A DNA stretch of 63,468 nucleotides from Tolypothrix carrinoi HA7290-LM1 (GCA_019358935.1 JAHHIK010000040.1:1-63468), one strand, 5' to 3'; shown: positions 53,217 to 63,368, numbered from the stretch's first letter. Translations and numbers: made by a program. The notes: generated from the sequence alone by a model not told the origin.

Positions 53217-53366
53217 GGGAGGAGCAAAGTTAGGTTTCGCTCTTAGGTTATGCAAAAAAAGATAAATTGTATAAAAATACCTGCGATTAAGAGCGGACAC
53301 TCAGAGTATTTCCAGAGTAAAATAGCCACTCGGCGCAGCATTTCTTAATTTAGCTTGATTGCATCG

Positions 53367-54725
53367 ATGTTCATAGTTCCCAGTTCTTGTAGGCGTGTAT
53401 TTAGCGCTTTGTGTCTTGTCAGTCTTCAGGTAGGGGTGTTCTGTACAATATCTGTCCCGGATGTTGTGGCTCAACCTTTACCCTCCCCAGGACAGGGGCA
53501 AGGGCAACCTCCCTCGCCCCCGTCGAGTGTTGATTTTGCACCTGCGGGTTTAAACGACGGAATATCACCCCAACTCGGTCGCTATCTTTTAGGACCCGGA
53601 GATGTATTGGGGATAACGGTTCAGCGTCCTCCAGGTCGCTACCGCTTAGGACCTGGAGATGTAATTACCGTTGTGGTTCAGCGCTTTTCCGATTTGAGTT
53701 TTCAAGCGCAAATAAATCCCGAAGGCAATATTGCAGTCCCGCTACTGGGTACAGTGTCGCTACGAGGTTTAACTTTACAACAAGCAGAAAGAAAAATTCG
53801 CTCTGGTTTAAATCGGTTTGTCGTCGATCCAATTGTGGCTTTATCACTGACAGGGCAACGTCCTGAGTTGAGTTTTCAAGCGCAAATAAATCCCGAAGGC
53901 AATATTACAGTGCCGCAATTGGGAACAGTTTCGGTACAAGGCTTGAGTTTGGAAGAAGCTCAAGAAAAAATTCGCTTGGGTTTAAGTCGCATTTTGGTCG
54001 ATCCGGTTGTGGCAGTCGGGTTGGCAGGGGCGCGACCAGTTCAAGTTACGATTAGTGGCGAAGTGCCGCGTCCAGGAATTTATCCGATCGCTTCGCCAAC
54101 ACCCCGTCTTGGTGATGCGCTGCTGATAGCTGGGGGTTCGACACTAAACGCAGACCTGCGGCAAGTGCAAGTGCGGCGGAGATTAATTGATGGTTCTGTG
54201 GTTTCACAAACTATTGATTTGTATGCCACGTTGCAAAATGCTAGCTCATTACCTAATTTACGGCTGCAAGATGGTGATGCGATAATTGTACCGCGTCGAG
54301 AAATCGGTGCTGATGACGGTTACGATCGAAATTTAGTAGCTCGTTCAACTCTAGCTCAACCGCAAATTAGAATCCGCATTTTAAACTATGCGGGTGGTGG
54401 AATTGGCACTCAAACGCTACCTAATGGTAGTAGTTTTATAGATGCTTTAGGAGGAATTAATCCGGACAATGCCAATCTCCGAGAAATTGCTCTTGTTCGC
54501 TTCGATCCGGAACGAGGTAAAGCCGTCACCCAGAGACTTGATGCGAGAAAGGCGCTTTCCGGCGATGCGTCTCAAAACGTGCCGCTGCAAGACAATGATG
54601 TTATCGTTGTAGGTCGAAACCTTATCGGTAAAATCACTAATGTTTTAAGTACTATTACTCGACCTTTCTTTAATGTTGAAAGCTTTATCCGCTTCTTTGA
54701 CACTTTTAGTGGTGACAGAAGGTAG
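53367..54725 (+). CDS. Polysaccharide export protein (Wza/OPX, Poly_export + SLBB)
   Basis: Y.LGPGD, INPEG.I.VP.LG, GEV.RPG.Y, LQDGD.I.VP. Confidence 0.88.
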   Translation: MFIVPSSCRRVFSALCLVSLQVGVFCTISVPDVVAQPLPSPGQGQGQPPSPPSSVDFAPAGLNDGISPQLGRYLLGPGDVLGITVQRPPGRYRLGPGDVITVVVQRFSDLSFQAQINPEGNIAVPLLGTVSLRGLTLQQAERKIRSGLNRFVVDPIVALSLTGQRPELSFQAQINPEGNITVPQLGTVSVQGLSLEEAQEKIRLGLSRILVDPVVAVGLAGARPVQVTISGEVPRPGIYPIASPTPRLGDALLIAGGSTLNADLRQVQVRRRLIDGSVVSQTIDLYATLQNASSLPNLRLQDGDAIIVPRREIGADDGYDRNLVARSTLAQPQIRIRILNYAGGGIGTQTLPNGSSFIDALGGINPDNANLREIALVRFDPERGKAVTQRLDARKALSGDASQNVPLQDNDVIVVGRNLIGKITNVLSTITRPFFNVESFIRFFDTFSGDRR

Positions 54726-54844
54726 TTACTTTGTTCCTTAAGCTGTTGGTCACAAAACTTGTTTAAAGTAAGTAAAAGATGTGATTTTATCTGGTTCGTG
54801 CTTCTGCCTTTCTGCTAAAACCTGCCTAAGAATTGATTATTGTC

Positions 54845-56995
54845 ATGGCTCCACCGATTGTTAAGCGCTATCTTATTGCTTTTGATAAATACAAGTGGAT
54901 TGGATTAGCCAGTTTTGGTTTAGTTGTAGCGGGGTCAACTCTTCTGGTGGTGCAACCAGATCCAGCCCCTAGCTATCTAGCCAGTGCTGCACTTGCCTAC
55001 ACTCGTCCGCCAGTTTCTTTCTCGGCAACTGGTACGCAAATCCAGCAGCAAGGGCAAGAACTCAGCCAGGAAATTTTGCTCTCAGACCAGATAATTGAGT
55101 CTGTGGCATCGCAAGTAAAGGTCGAGCCGAAAACAATTGGTGAAAATGTGGCGCTTAGTGTTCCGCAAGCAGCCAAGGAAGGAGAAGCAGCAGCGCCGGC
55201 AATTATTCAAATCAAATATAAAGATAGTGACCAAAAGCGGGCACAAGAGACTGTGCAGGCATTAATGCAAGCAATGGTCAAGTTAAGCGGTGAGATTAAT
55301 AGTGGGCGATTAAAGGCAATTATTGCCAAAATTAACGAGCGTTTACCACGAGCGAAGATAGAATTGCAAGCTGCGGAACAGAAATTAGAAAGGTACGATC
55401 GCCTGCAACGACCTGCTATATTAGCTGCTGAAAATGGCAGTTTGCTCAACGCAGTCACTGTTAGCCAAGGTCAGCAACGGCAAATTCAATTAACGCTCTC
55501 CGGAATTGATGCTCAACTTGCCAGTTTACAAAATAAGCTGGGGTTGACAGTTAACCAAGCTTATGTATCTTCGGCTTTGAGTGCCGATCCGATTCTTGCC
55601 AACTTGCGATTGCAAATTTATCAAACTGAGTCGCAAATTGAATTGCTTAGAAAAGACTTGCGCCCAGAACACCCAACAATGATTCAGTTGCGGCGTCAAA
55701 AAGAAACTTCCGAAAAACTGTTGCAACAACGTGCAGCTGAGGTTGTAGGCGGTGGCGGTACGGCTGCGGCTTTGACTCCTAACTCTGGGGCTATTCGTAG
55801 CAATAGCAATTTAGACCCAGCCCGCCAACTGTTGGCAAATCAACTGGTGGCTTTGGAAACCCAACGGGATACTCTGCAAAAGCAACTAACTGACGAAATT
55901 AAACAAGAGGCGCAATTGCGGCAAGAGTATTCTCTGATACCTAATAAGCAATTGGAGCGATCGCGTATAGAACAGGAAATTCTCCTCAAAAAAGCCGTCT
56001 ACGATCAAATGCAAGCAAAGCTAACTGATGCGAGAACCGCAGAAGCAGAAACTGTTACTAGTCTTAGCATTGCTAGACCACCAGTAGTCGTTAGCGACAA
56101 AAAACCGCCTAAGAATGTGCCAATTACTTTGGGTGTAGGTGCAATACTAGGATTGTTGGTTGGGGGTGGGGTCATATTTTTGTTGGGAGCGCTGGAAGGG
56201 ACTTTCAAAACCAAAGAAGATATCCGCGACAACCTCAAACAACGAGAAGTCAATCTGCTGGGCGAATTGCCTTTAATGCCAGTTGATGATTTAAGTAAAG
56301 AAGCTGTGCCAACAATACTTTCTGCGGAGTCTCCCTATTTAGAGTATTATGAAAAGTTCCGCAGTAATCTGCGCCGCATTGGTGGGAAAAACTTGAAGGT
56401 TGTATTGATTACTAGCACCAGCAGTTCGGAAGGAAAAACGGTGAGTGCTTATAATTTGGGCATTGCCTCTGCGCGTGCTGGTAAACGAACTTTGATTATT
56501 GAAACAGATTTGCGATCGCATAGCCGTTGCCAATCCCTCAATGTTACTCTCGACTCCGATGCCACTGTTGAACCCCTACGCTATTACGGCAGCTTGAGTG
56601 AGTGTATTTATTTAGTCCCCGGAGTCGAAAATTTATACATTGTTCCTAGCGCGGGTCCTGTGCGCCAATCTGCCGCTATTTTAGAATCCAGCGAAATGCG
56701 AAAGCTGATGGAGGATGCTCGCCAACGTTACGATTTAGTAATTTTAGATACTGGCACTCTCAGTTTATCTAATGACCCCTTGTTAATTCAACCTTACAGC
56801 GATGGCATAGTGTTGGTAACACGACCAAACTATACACAAGAAAACATGCTCGGTGAAGCTGTCGATCAATTGGTTGAATCTGAATTGGGGCTATTGGGAA
56901 CCGTTATCAATGGCGCTGATATCATCGTTTCTATGCCTCAGCCAATTGCACCACGAGTCTATCCACCTGAAGAACGAGAAGTGTCTGTTGGGTGA
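54845..56995 (+). CDS. Polysaccharide co-polymerase / tyrosine kinase-like (Wzc/GumC)
   Basis: Two TM segments flanking a coiled coil; ITS....EGKT, DLR, ILDT. Confidence 0.85.
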   Translation: MAPPIVKRYLIAFDKYKWIGLASFGLVVAGSTLLVVQPDPAPSYLASAALAYTRPPVSFSATGTQIQQQGQELSQEILLSDQIIESVASQVKVEPKTIGENVALSVPQAAKEGEAAAPAIIQIKYKDSDQKRAQETVQALMQAMVKLSGEINSGRLKAIIAKINERLPRAKIELQAAEQKLERYDRLQRPAILAAENGSLLNAVTVSQGQQRQIQLTLSGIDAQLASLQNKLGLTVNQAYVSSALSADPILANLRLQIYQTESQIELLRKDLRPEHPTMIQLRRQKETSEKLLQQRAAEVVGGGGTAAALTPNSGAIRSNSNLDPARQLLANQLVALETQRDTLQKQLTDEIKQEAQLRQEYSLIPNKQLERSRIEQEILLKKAVYDQMQAKLTDARTAEAETVTSLSIARPPVVVSDKKPPKNVPITLGVGAILGLLVGGGVIFLLGALEGTFKTKEDIRDNLKQREVNLLGELPLMPVDDLSKEAVPTILSAESPYLEYYEKFRSNLRRIGGKNLKVVLITSTSSSEGKTVSAYNLGIASARAGKRTLIIETDLRSHSRCQSLNVTLDSDATVEPLRYYGSLSECIYLVPGVENLYIVPSAGPVRQSAAILESSEMRKLMEDARQRYDLVILDTGTLSLSNDPLLIQPYSDGIVLVTRPNYTQENMLGEAVDQLVESELGLLGTVINGADIIVSMPQPIAPRVYPPEEREVSVG

Positions 56996-56999
56996 TGTC

Positions 57000-57303
57000 T
57001 AGGGGGAGAGGGGGGATGGGGGGAGTGGGGAGTGGGGAGTGGGGAGAGGGGGGAGACAAGGGAGACAAGGGAGAGGGGGGAGGGGGGATGGGGAGATGGG
57101 GAGATGGGGAGATGGGGAGATGGGGAGATGGGGAGATGGGGGGATGGGGAGACAAACTCCCCCTGCCCCCTGCAAGAGTGCCCCCTGCAAGAGTGCCTCC
57201 TTGTCTCCCTTGTCTCCCTTGTCCTCCTTGTCCTCCTTGTCCCCCTGTCCCCCTGTCCCCCTGTCCCCCTGCCCCCTGCCCCCTGCCCCCACTCCCCTTT
57301 CCT
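57000..57303. repeat. G-rich/C-rich composite tandem arrays between convergent genes
   Basis: (GGGGAGT)n, (GGAGACAAG)n and (GGGGAGAT)n, then (CTTGTCTCC)n, (CCCCTGT)n, (CCCCTGC)n. Confidence 0.9.
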
Positions 57304-57978
57304 CTACTCGCTTTGCCTAAATAATCCAAACACAGGACCGAGAATTATCCCGAAGACAAAGCCGCCGATGTGTGCCCAGTAAGCAACTCCGCCTGATTCT
57401 ACACTCATGTTGGCGGCTTGTTGCAGGCTGGCTAGACCAGATATAATATTCTGGACAAAGAAAAGCCCGATGATTACCAGTGCCGGAACTCTGATGGTGG
57501 TGACGAAAAATCCTAAGAAAATTAAGGTGACAACTCTCACATGGGCAAAGCGGATAATGTACGCACCTAAAATTCCGGCGATCGCACCACTTGCCCCCAA
57601 AGATGGAATTTGCGAATTTACGCCGACAAACCACTGGCACATAGCAGCTAAAGCACCGCACGCCAAATAAAAAATTATATATTTGAAATGACCCAAACGG
57701 TCTTCAATATTGTTGCCAAAAACCCAGAGATACACCATATTCGAGATTAAATGCCACCAGCCACCGTGTAGAAATTGTGACGTAAATAAGGTTGTCCATT
57801 CTCCGGCAAAGTTGGTGGTTAACTCTTGTGGTATCACCGCATACATCTCTAAAAATGGCTCTAATGCTTGTCCTGACAGACTGATTTCATGAAGAAAAAC
57901 TAAAATGTTCATCCCAATCAACCCGTAGGTTAAATACGGGGTGATTCGCGTCGGGTTTTCGTCGTAAAGGGGAAACAC
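57304..57978 (-). CDS. Rhomboid family intramembrane serine protease
   Basis: FLHGG..HL..NM, GASGA (Ser), AYWAH.GGF (His). Confidence 0.92.
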   Translation of the reverse strand: MFPLYDENPTRITPYLTYGLIGMNILVFLHEISLSGQALEPFLEMYAVIPQELTTNFAGEWTTLFTSQFLHGGWWHLISNMVYLWVFGNNIEDRLGHFKYIIFYLACGALAAMCQWFVGVNSQIPSLGASGAIAGILGAYIIRFAHVRVVTLIFLGFFVTTIRVPALVIIGLFFVQNIISGLASLQQAANMSVESGGVAYWAHIGGFVFGIILGPVFGLFRQSE

Positions 57979-58203
57979 AGATGTTTTTCCAAATTATTGA
58001 TTAATTGCAATATATCCTGTTTGTCTTGCCGTTGTTAAAGGGTGCGAAATTTCACTGGCTGGTAAGTGGGTTAGTATAAAAATGAAAGTTTGTAGTCAGC
58101 GCTTCAGCGCGCTTTGCGCTAACTACGAGTAAAGTTGATGCTGAGAAAGCAAATCAATATTTAATCAGACGTTGCGTCTTGATCGTCTCTACTTTGCTTT
58201 ATT

Positions 58204-58926
58204 TCACTGTCTGTACAAATAATCGTCGTTAGATTTGTCGCTAAACAAACCTAACACAGGACCGAGAATCGCCCCAAACACAAAACCGCCGGCGTGTGCC
58301 CAGTAAGCAATTCCGCCGTTTTCCATACCGATGTTAGCCGGTGTTTCTAAACTTGCGACTCCGTAGAAAGCTTGTTGGAGAAACCAAAATCCGAGAAAGA
58401 AATAAGCGGGAACGCGGAAGGTAGGAAAGAAAAAGCCTAGGGGAACTACACCGAGAATTTCCGCTTGGGGAAAGCGGAGAATGTATGCACCCAGAACGCC
58501 GGCGATCGCTCCACTCGCACCCAAAGATGGAATATTAGAACTTTGTGAGAAGTACCACTGGCTTAACCCTGCCAAAACACCGCAAGATATATAGAAAAGC
58601 AAATATTTGAAATGCCCTAACTTATCTTCAATGTTGTTGCCAAAAATCCAGAGAAACAACATATTACCGCCCAAGTGCAACAAACCACCGTGGAGAAATT
58701 GGGAAGTAATCAAGGTTGCCCACTCTGGAACTGGTTGATTTAGGGGAATTCCGGAAAAACTGGCGGTTAGTTCTCGCGGTACTATAGCTGCCAAATGTAA
58801 AAATCCATTTAATGCTTGGGGAGGAAGACTTGATTCATAAAGAAAAGCAAGGACGTTGGCAGCAATCAGCCCATAAGTGACATAAGGCGTGATTGTTATC
58901 GGATTATTGTCTCTAATTGGAACCAC
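58204..58926 (-). CDS. Rhomboid family intramembrane serine protease (paralog)
   Basis: Same motifs: FLHGG..HL.GNM, GASGA, AYWAHAGGF. Confidence 0.92.
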   Translation of the reverse strand: MVPIRDNNPITITPYVTYGLIAANVLAFLYESSLPPQALNGFLHLAAIVPRELTASFSGIPLNQPVPEWATLITSQFLHGGLLHLGGNMLFLWIFGNNIEDKLGHFKYLLFYISCGVLAGLSQWYFSQSSNIPSLGASGAIAGVLGAYILRFPQAEILGVVPLGFFFPTFRVPAYFFLGFWFLQQAFYGVASLETPANIGMENGGIAYWAHAGGFVFGAILGPVLGLFSDKSNDDYLYRQ

Positions 58927-59074
58927 AAGCGTTTTTACTCATTTTTGAGAAACTAGCCTCACAATACAGAATTTTTTGCATAGTTTCTTCTAGCCGGTGG
59001 GCGGATTTTGTATTTTGGATTGATAAGTGTTTAATAAATTAGGGCAAAACAAAGCTTGTTTGCAAGATATCGCT

Positions 59075-59644
59075 TTACCACACCTTATTCAAATTTAACT
59101 CAAATCCTGGCAGCACATCTTCACCAGATACAGTTGTCGGAGACTGCAACAATTCTACCTCTTGGGCTGGACGATATATTTCTACTTGCTTTGTCTTAGG
59201 GTCAATCAACCAACCTAAGCGAACACCGTTGTCGATGTACTCCCGCATTTTTGAGCGCAACTTCTCCAACGAGTCAGTGCTTGAGCGTAATTCGACGGCA
59301 AAATCCAAAGCTATAGGAGAAAACTCCTCTTGTTGCTGAGTTTGAGTTAAAGTCTCCCAACGTTCATTAATTACCCAAGAAGCATCAGGTGATTTGACAG
59401 CACCATTAGGCAAAGTAAAACCACTTGAGGAGTCAAAAACTATACCTAAACCTATGCGATCGTTCCAGTTCCACAGTTGAGCATTCAAACCGGAATTTTT
59501 CTTGCCTGTCCAAGGGTATGTTGGAGGCATGACTATAACTTCTCCAGTAGCGGCACGTTCTATCTGTAAATGTTCATTAGCTTGGCAAAGTTCAACAAAC
59601 CCCTCAGCACTCATATGAGGGATAGTCAGAGTGATGGCGTTCAT
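59075..59644 (-). CDS. Uma2 family (DUF820) putative endonuclease
   Basis: ER...GE...MPP, FDSS.GF.LPNGA..SPDASW, VELRS, KM.EY..NGVRLGWLID. Confidence 0.9.
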   Translation of the reverse strand: MNAITLTIPHMSAEGFVELCQANEHLQIERAATGEVIVMPPTYPWTGKKNSGLNAQLWNWNDRIGLGIVFDSSSGFTLPNGAVKSPDASWVINERWETLTQTQQQEEFSPIALDFAVELRSSTDSLEKLRSKMREYIDNGVRLGWLIDPKTKQVEIYRPAQEVELLQSPTTVSGEDVLPGFELNLNKVW

Positions 59645-59817
59645 AAGCTGCACGGGTATTGTCTGAAGTTTTGTTCTAATTATAAATGTCGTTGAATGTC
59701 TTAAGAGTTTGTCGCCCAGCTATGATAAACAGCTTGATCGCACCATTAGCACATAGGATTTACGCAACTGGCACATCCTAAACGTTGCGGGTAGCGTCGC
59801 AAAAATAAACTGGCTGC

Positions 59818-60294
59818 CTAAATAAATTTATACTTTGAGAAGAAAGCAGCTTGACCGCAGTACTGCTTTTCCTCATCTATGACATTCCACAGAAGCACGT
59901 TTTCGATTAAGAAACGCTGACCACTACTGGAGGTACGGATACCGGAATAATTATCCACAAAGCCTTTGGTTGCTGCTTCTGTTAACAAGCGTTCCCTGTC
60001 CTCCCGTTCGACATCTCGGACTGATTGACGCGAAGGCATTTTAGTAAATTCTGACCAAGAAAGTTCCCATAGTTGCAATGCTTGGCGATTACCATAATTA
60101 AAAATTGGATCGGCTTCGATGCCGTGAGAAACTAATACAAAAGGTGCTTCAAATAGTGCTTGTGCTATTTCCTTCGGTGTACCGTTGACATCAAGCAGAG
60201 AATGTCCCGTCCAATGTTGAAAACTATACAGTAAGCGTTGACTGTGGTTAATAATTGCCTCTTGCTGCCAAGGAAATTGCAAAACGCTGGACAT
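59818..60294 (-). CDS. MEKHLA domain protein
   Basis: LFEAPFVLVSHG...DPIFNYGN, PSR, YSG.R....RF.IE...WN. Confidence 0.88.
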   Translation of the reverse strand: MSSVLQFPWQQEAIINHSQRLLYSFQHWTGHSLLDVNGTPKEIAQALFEAPFVLVSHGIEADPIFNYGNRQALQLWELSWSEFTKMPSRQSVRDVEREDRERLLTEAATKGFVDNYSGIRTSSSGQRFLIENVLLWNVIDEEKQYCGQAAFFSKYKFI

Positions 60295-60469
60295 AGAAAA
60301 GGGTAAAGATAACATCAAGATTTTAGTATCTCATTTATCGGTTACTGGTTACACCAATTCTCTGTGAGGTTGCGTTTAATAGCAATTTACGAAAATTATG
60401 ATATATATATCATCGGTTACAAATTTATCTGTCGTATTCTTTTATTAAATTGATATTACTAAAAAACAA

Positions 60470-61087
60470 ATGTTTTTCTCAAATTCTCTAGAAAATAAAC
60501 TTCAACGCTGGAACGATATCATCCAAAATCAACCCAAAGATCCAAAAGCTTACATTCAACGAGGCATGGTCAATTTTCAGCTTGCCAAAATTAATGAATC
60601 GATTCAAGATTTTAATATGGCAGAGCAACTTGATCCACGTTTGAAGCCGTATTTGTGGCAACGTGGGTTATCTTATTATTATGCAGAAAGATTTGCTCTT
60701 GGCGCTCAACAATTTGAGATAGATTTGACGGTGAACGCCCAAGATGTTGAAGAAACAGTGTGGCGATATCTCTGCATTGCAAGGCTTGCGGGTGTGGCAG
60801 AAGCACGCAATTCTCTATTAATGGTGAAAAATGACCCGCGACGGGTAATGCGAGGCGTTTACGATTTGTATGCTGGAAATTCTACGCCAGATGATATTTT
60901 AAGTGTTGGTGAGTTAGAAGGCAAAGGCGGCAAGTTTTACAGTCATCTTTATCTGGGATTGTATTACGAGGCTGACAATGATGTGGAAATGGCTTCTAAA
61001 TACATAGTTCAAGCTGCCGACAAATACAAAATTGATGATTATATGTGGCATCTAGCGCAGGTACACAAAACTTTACGCGGATGGTGA
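60470..61087 (+). CDS. Tetratricopeptide repeat protein (NlpI-like)
   Basis: AY..RGM..F, PYLWQRGLSYYY, N..DVEE..W, FY..LY.GLY.E. Confidence 0.8.
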   Translation: MFFSNSLENKLQRWNDIIQNQPKDPKAYIQRGMVNFQLAKINESIQDFNMAEQLDPRLKPYLWQRGLSYYYAERFALGAQQFEIDLTVNAQDVEETVWRYLCIARLAGVAEARNSLLMVKNDPRRVMRGVYDLYAGNSTPDDILSVGELEGKGGKFYSHLYLGLYYEADNDVEMASKYIVQAADKYKIDDYMWHLAQVHKTLRGW

Positions 61088-61235
61088 TAGGAAGTTTTGA
61101 GTGCAGATGTGTTATTTCTCGATTTACAGCCATTTTCAGATGTATAGACCACAGTAGAGACGTTCGGTCCGGAACGTCTATGCGTGAGAGTTAGTAGTCC
61201 GTAGGGTGCGCCATTCGTAGTAACGCACCCTACAT

Positions 61236-61460
61236 CTATTGCACCATAATGTTTCGGCTTAAAATACTCACAACCTCGCCTGAGTTGGAGGTGCGTGCAA
61301 GTGGACTCCAATCACCAACATCTGCATAGCCAATAACTTGTAAGTAGTGAATTGTGCTTATTACAGCTTTGTGAGAACCAATCAACAGATGTTTGAGCGA
61401 TTCTCGGTCCTGGGATTTGGGAGTCAGAAAGACTTGGTACAGGCGTATTTGACTCGTCAC
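61236..61460 (-). CDS. Hypothetical small cyanobacterial protein, probably frameshifted in its 5' part
   Basis: RE.LKHLLIGS.KAV..TIH.L...GYA....WSPL looks like a conserved domain. Protein-like sequence upstream (..QSFLSGDESNTPVPSLSDSQ) is in another frame. Confidence 0.5.
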   Translation of the reverse strand: MTSQIRLYQVFLTPKSQDRESLKHLLIGSHKAVISTIHYLQVIGYADVGDWSPLARTSNSGEVVSILSRNIMVQ

Positions 61461-61805
61461 CAGATAAAAAGCTTTGAGTTAAAGAACAATTTGCGTTTTT
61501 ATTTGATGTAATTATTGTTGCTTGCTTGGCGACATATTGTTCAAACTCAAATTGAGCAAGCGCTTGCTCGTTCGGAGTAAGCGCACTTAATTGTGTCCTG
61601 GTATGTTATTTGTATCCCGTGTTTAGGGTTTACGCATGAAGGCGATCGCACTCTGATTGGCGTTGGAGCGATCGCCTTTGTTATATCTTCAATTATAAAG
61701 CTTCACTTTATAGTTTATCACGTGTCAAGTTATAGTTTTGTATTTATCAAGTGTCACTTGATGATTTAGAACAAGGGTGAGTATGCATTCATAAATTAGA
61801 TATTA

Positions 61806-62043
61806 ATGAAAGTCAGAAAAGTTATAGAGCTAGAGGTTCCGGGGCTGGGCGATCGCGTGCGTCAAGCAAGAGTTGCTGGCAATCGTTCGCACAGCAGAGA
61901 TTTGCCGTCAGATACCTATGACTACGATGAACTGGTATAGGATTGAAGCTGAAGAGACTAAAGCTTTGCCAATTGAGACATTAAGACGGATAGAGGAAGT
62001 GTTAGGCGTTGACTTTGGGGTGAAATTTGATGATGAGTCTTAA
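61806..62043 (+). pseudogene. XRE-family HTH regulator with +1 frameshift
   Basis: MKVRKVIELEVPGLGDRVRQAR..RS / AEICRQIPMTTMNWYRIEAEETKALPIETLRRIEEVLGVDFG. 238 nt = 79 codons + 1. Confidence 0.75.
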
Positions 62044-62121
62044 AGTGTTGGCGTATCAACACAGCAAGGGGTACAGTCGTCGCGTAAATTAGGTTCAGGA
62101 CAAAAACACTATGGTTCCCAA

Positions 62122-62343
62122 ATGCCTAAATATGTTGACCTTTCCCGTTACTGGACAGAAGACAAAAATTTATCTATTCAAAGAGCGAAGGAGATGACAG
62201 GGTTAGATAAAAGAACTTTGTCATCTGCCAAAAAAGGACAACTTGAGCGTGGGCAGTTTGAGACTCTTTTTAAACTTAGAGATTTAGCTTCCCAGTTAGC
62301 TGGTAAACCATTAACGCTGGAGGAGATTTTTAAAGATGATTGA
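62122..62343 (+). CDS. Small HTH-like (Cro/XRE-type) protein
   Basis: LSIQRAKEMTGLDKRTLS...G....FETL.KL...LTLEEI pattern. Confidence 0.55.
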   Translation: MPKYVDLSRYWTEDKNLSIQRAKEMTGLDKRTLSSAKKGQLERGQFETLFKLRDLASQLAGKPLTLEEIFKDD

Positions 62344-62442
62344 ACCTAAAAGTATGCTCAACTCCTAGAAGAGATTGAGTTCTGCTTAATTTCTTGGTTT
62401 AACCCACCTTTAAACAGAACTGAAGTTAAAGGCAAAGGGTAT

Positions 62443-62568
62443 ATGAAAGTCAGAAAAGTTATAGAACTAGAGGTTCCGGGGCTGGGCGATCGCGTGCGTC
62501 AAGCAAGAATTGCTGACAATCGTTCGCACAGCAGAGATTTGCCGTCAGATACCTATGACTACGATGAA
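62443..62568 (+). pseudogene. Truncated duplicate of the XRE pseudogene 5' end
   Basis: 126-bp near-identical copy of 61806-61931 including the same frameshift. Confidence 0.8.
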
Positions 62569-62851
62569 TCCCCACATGAATGATAAGGCGATCGCCCATT
62601 TACAACAGCCTTACCTATAATATGGACTTATGAATCAAGTGAGCGCTTATTTGCCTCAGGTAACAATTGACCCAAATACCCGCCAACGCCGACTGAGCTT
62701 AAAGTCGCCTGCATGTCGGGCGGAAATTATGATCGGCGAGCGATCGCACCAGCGCACCAATTACCAGAATAATTACGATTACAGACCTAACAGTTAATCA
62801 GTACAACATCAACTTAATTGCAGATTCTGCCACGCAGTCGGCGGATGCTGA

Positions 62852-62981
62852 TCCCTTTGCTTTTGGTTCCCCTGGATCTCCTTTATCTCCCTTTGCTTTT
62901 GGTTCCCCTGGATCTCCTTTATCTCCCTTTGCTTTTGGTTCCCCTGGATCTCCTTTATCTCCCTTTGCTTTTGGTTCCCCT
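62852..62981 (-). repeat. 36-bp tandem repeat (~3.6 copies) encoding collagen-like GEPKAKGDKGDP
   Basis: Unit CCCTTTGCTTTTGGTTCCCCTGGATCTCCTTTATCT, head to tail, no spacers; within ORF 62798-62995. Confidence 0.85.
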
Positions 62982-63035
62982 TGGTTTTGAGCCAAATCAG
63001 CAAGTGAGATACTCGCTGGGGTTTTCCAAGAACTT

Positions 63036-63368
63036 TCACTCCTTATTTTTTTGAGAAGAAAAGCAACTGTAAGGTTCTTTACTTTTGTCCGCTGCTTCCT
63101 TTACTTTAATAGCTTCCGGTGCTTCTTTTCCTTGTTTAGAGTTGTCTGCTTGTTTGATTGATTCGTCAAATTCCTTTTTCTGATCGCCAAGCTGTTTAAA
63201 AGTCTCTTGGACACTTAAAACCTCAGAAGCGATAGAATCTACTTGACTAACAACATTTTGAGTCGTTTCTAATACTGTGAAAAATTTATTTTGAAAGTTT
63301 GGCTGGGGGTTCATCCAGCCATAAGCTTTTTCTGCCACTTCCCCAAATTTACGTAACGCATTTCCCAC
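63036..63368 (-). CDS. Hypothetical coiled-coil protein fragment (probable pseudogene continuing beyond the window)
   Basis: Protein-like sequence upstream (..YQAAANLLNSIQSIGQSTLNALEVVGS*) is interrupted by a stop and a frame change. Confidence 0.4.
   Translation of the reverse strand: MGNALRKFGEVAEKAYGWMNPQPNFQNKFFTVLETTQNVVSQVDSIASEVLSVQETFKQLGDQKKEFDESIKQADNSKQGKEAPEAIKVKEAADKSKEPYSCFSSQKNKE

Noticed and set aside
62852..62981. 36-bp repeats as a CRISPR array
   Set aside because: Units are head-to-tail with no spacers, keep a reading frame, and no cas genes are present.
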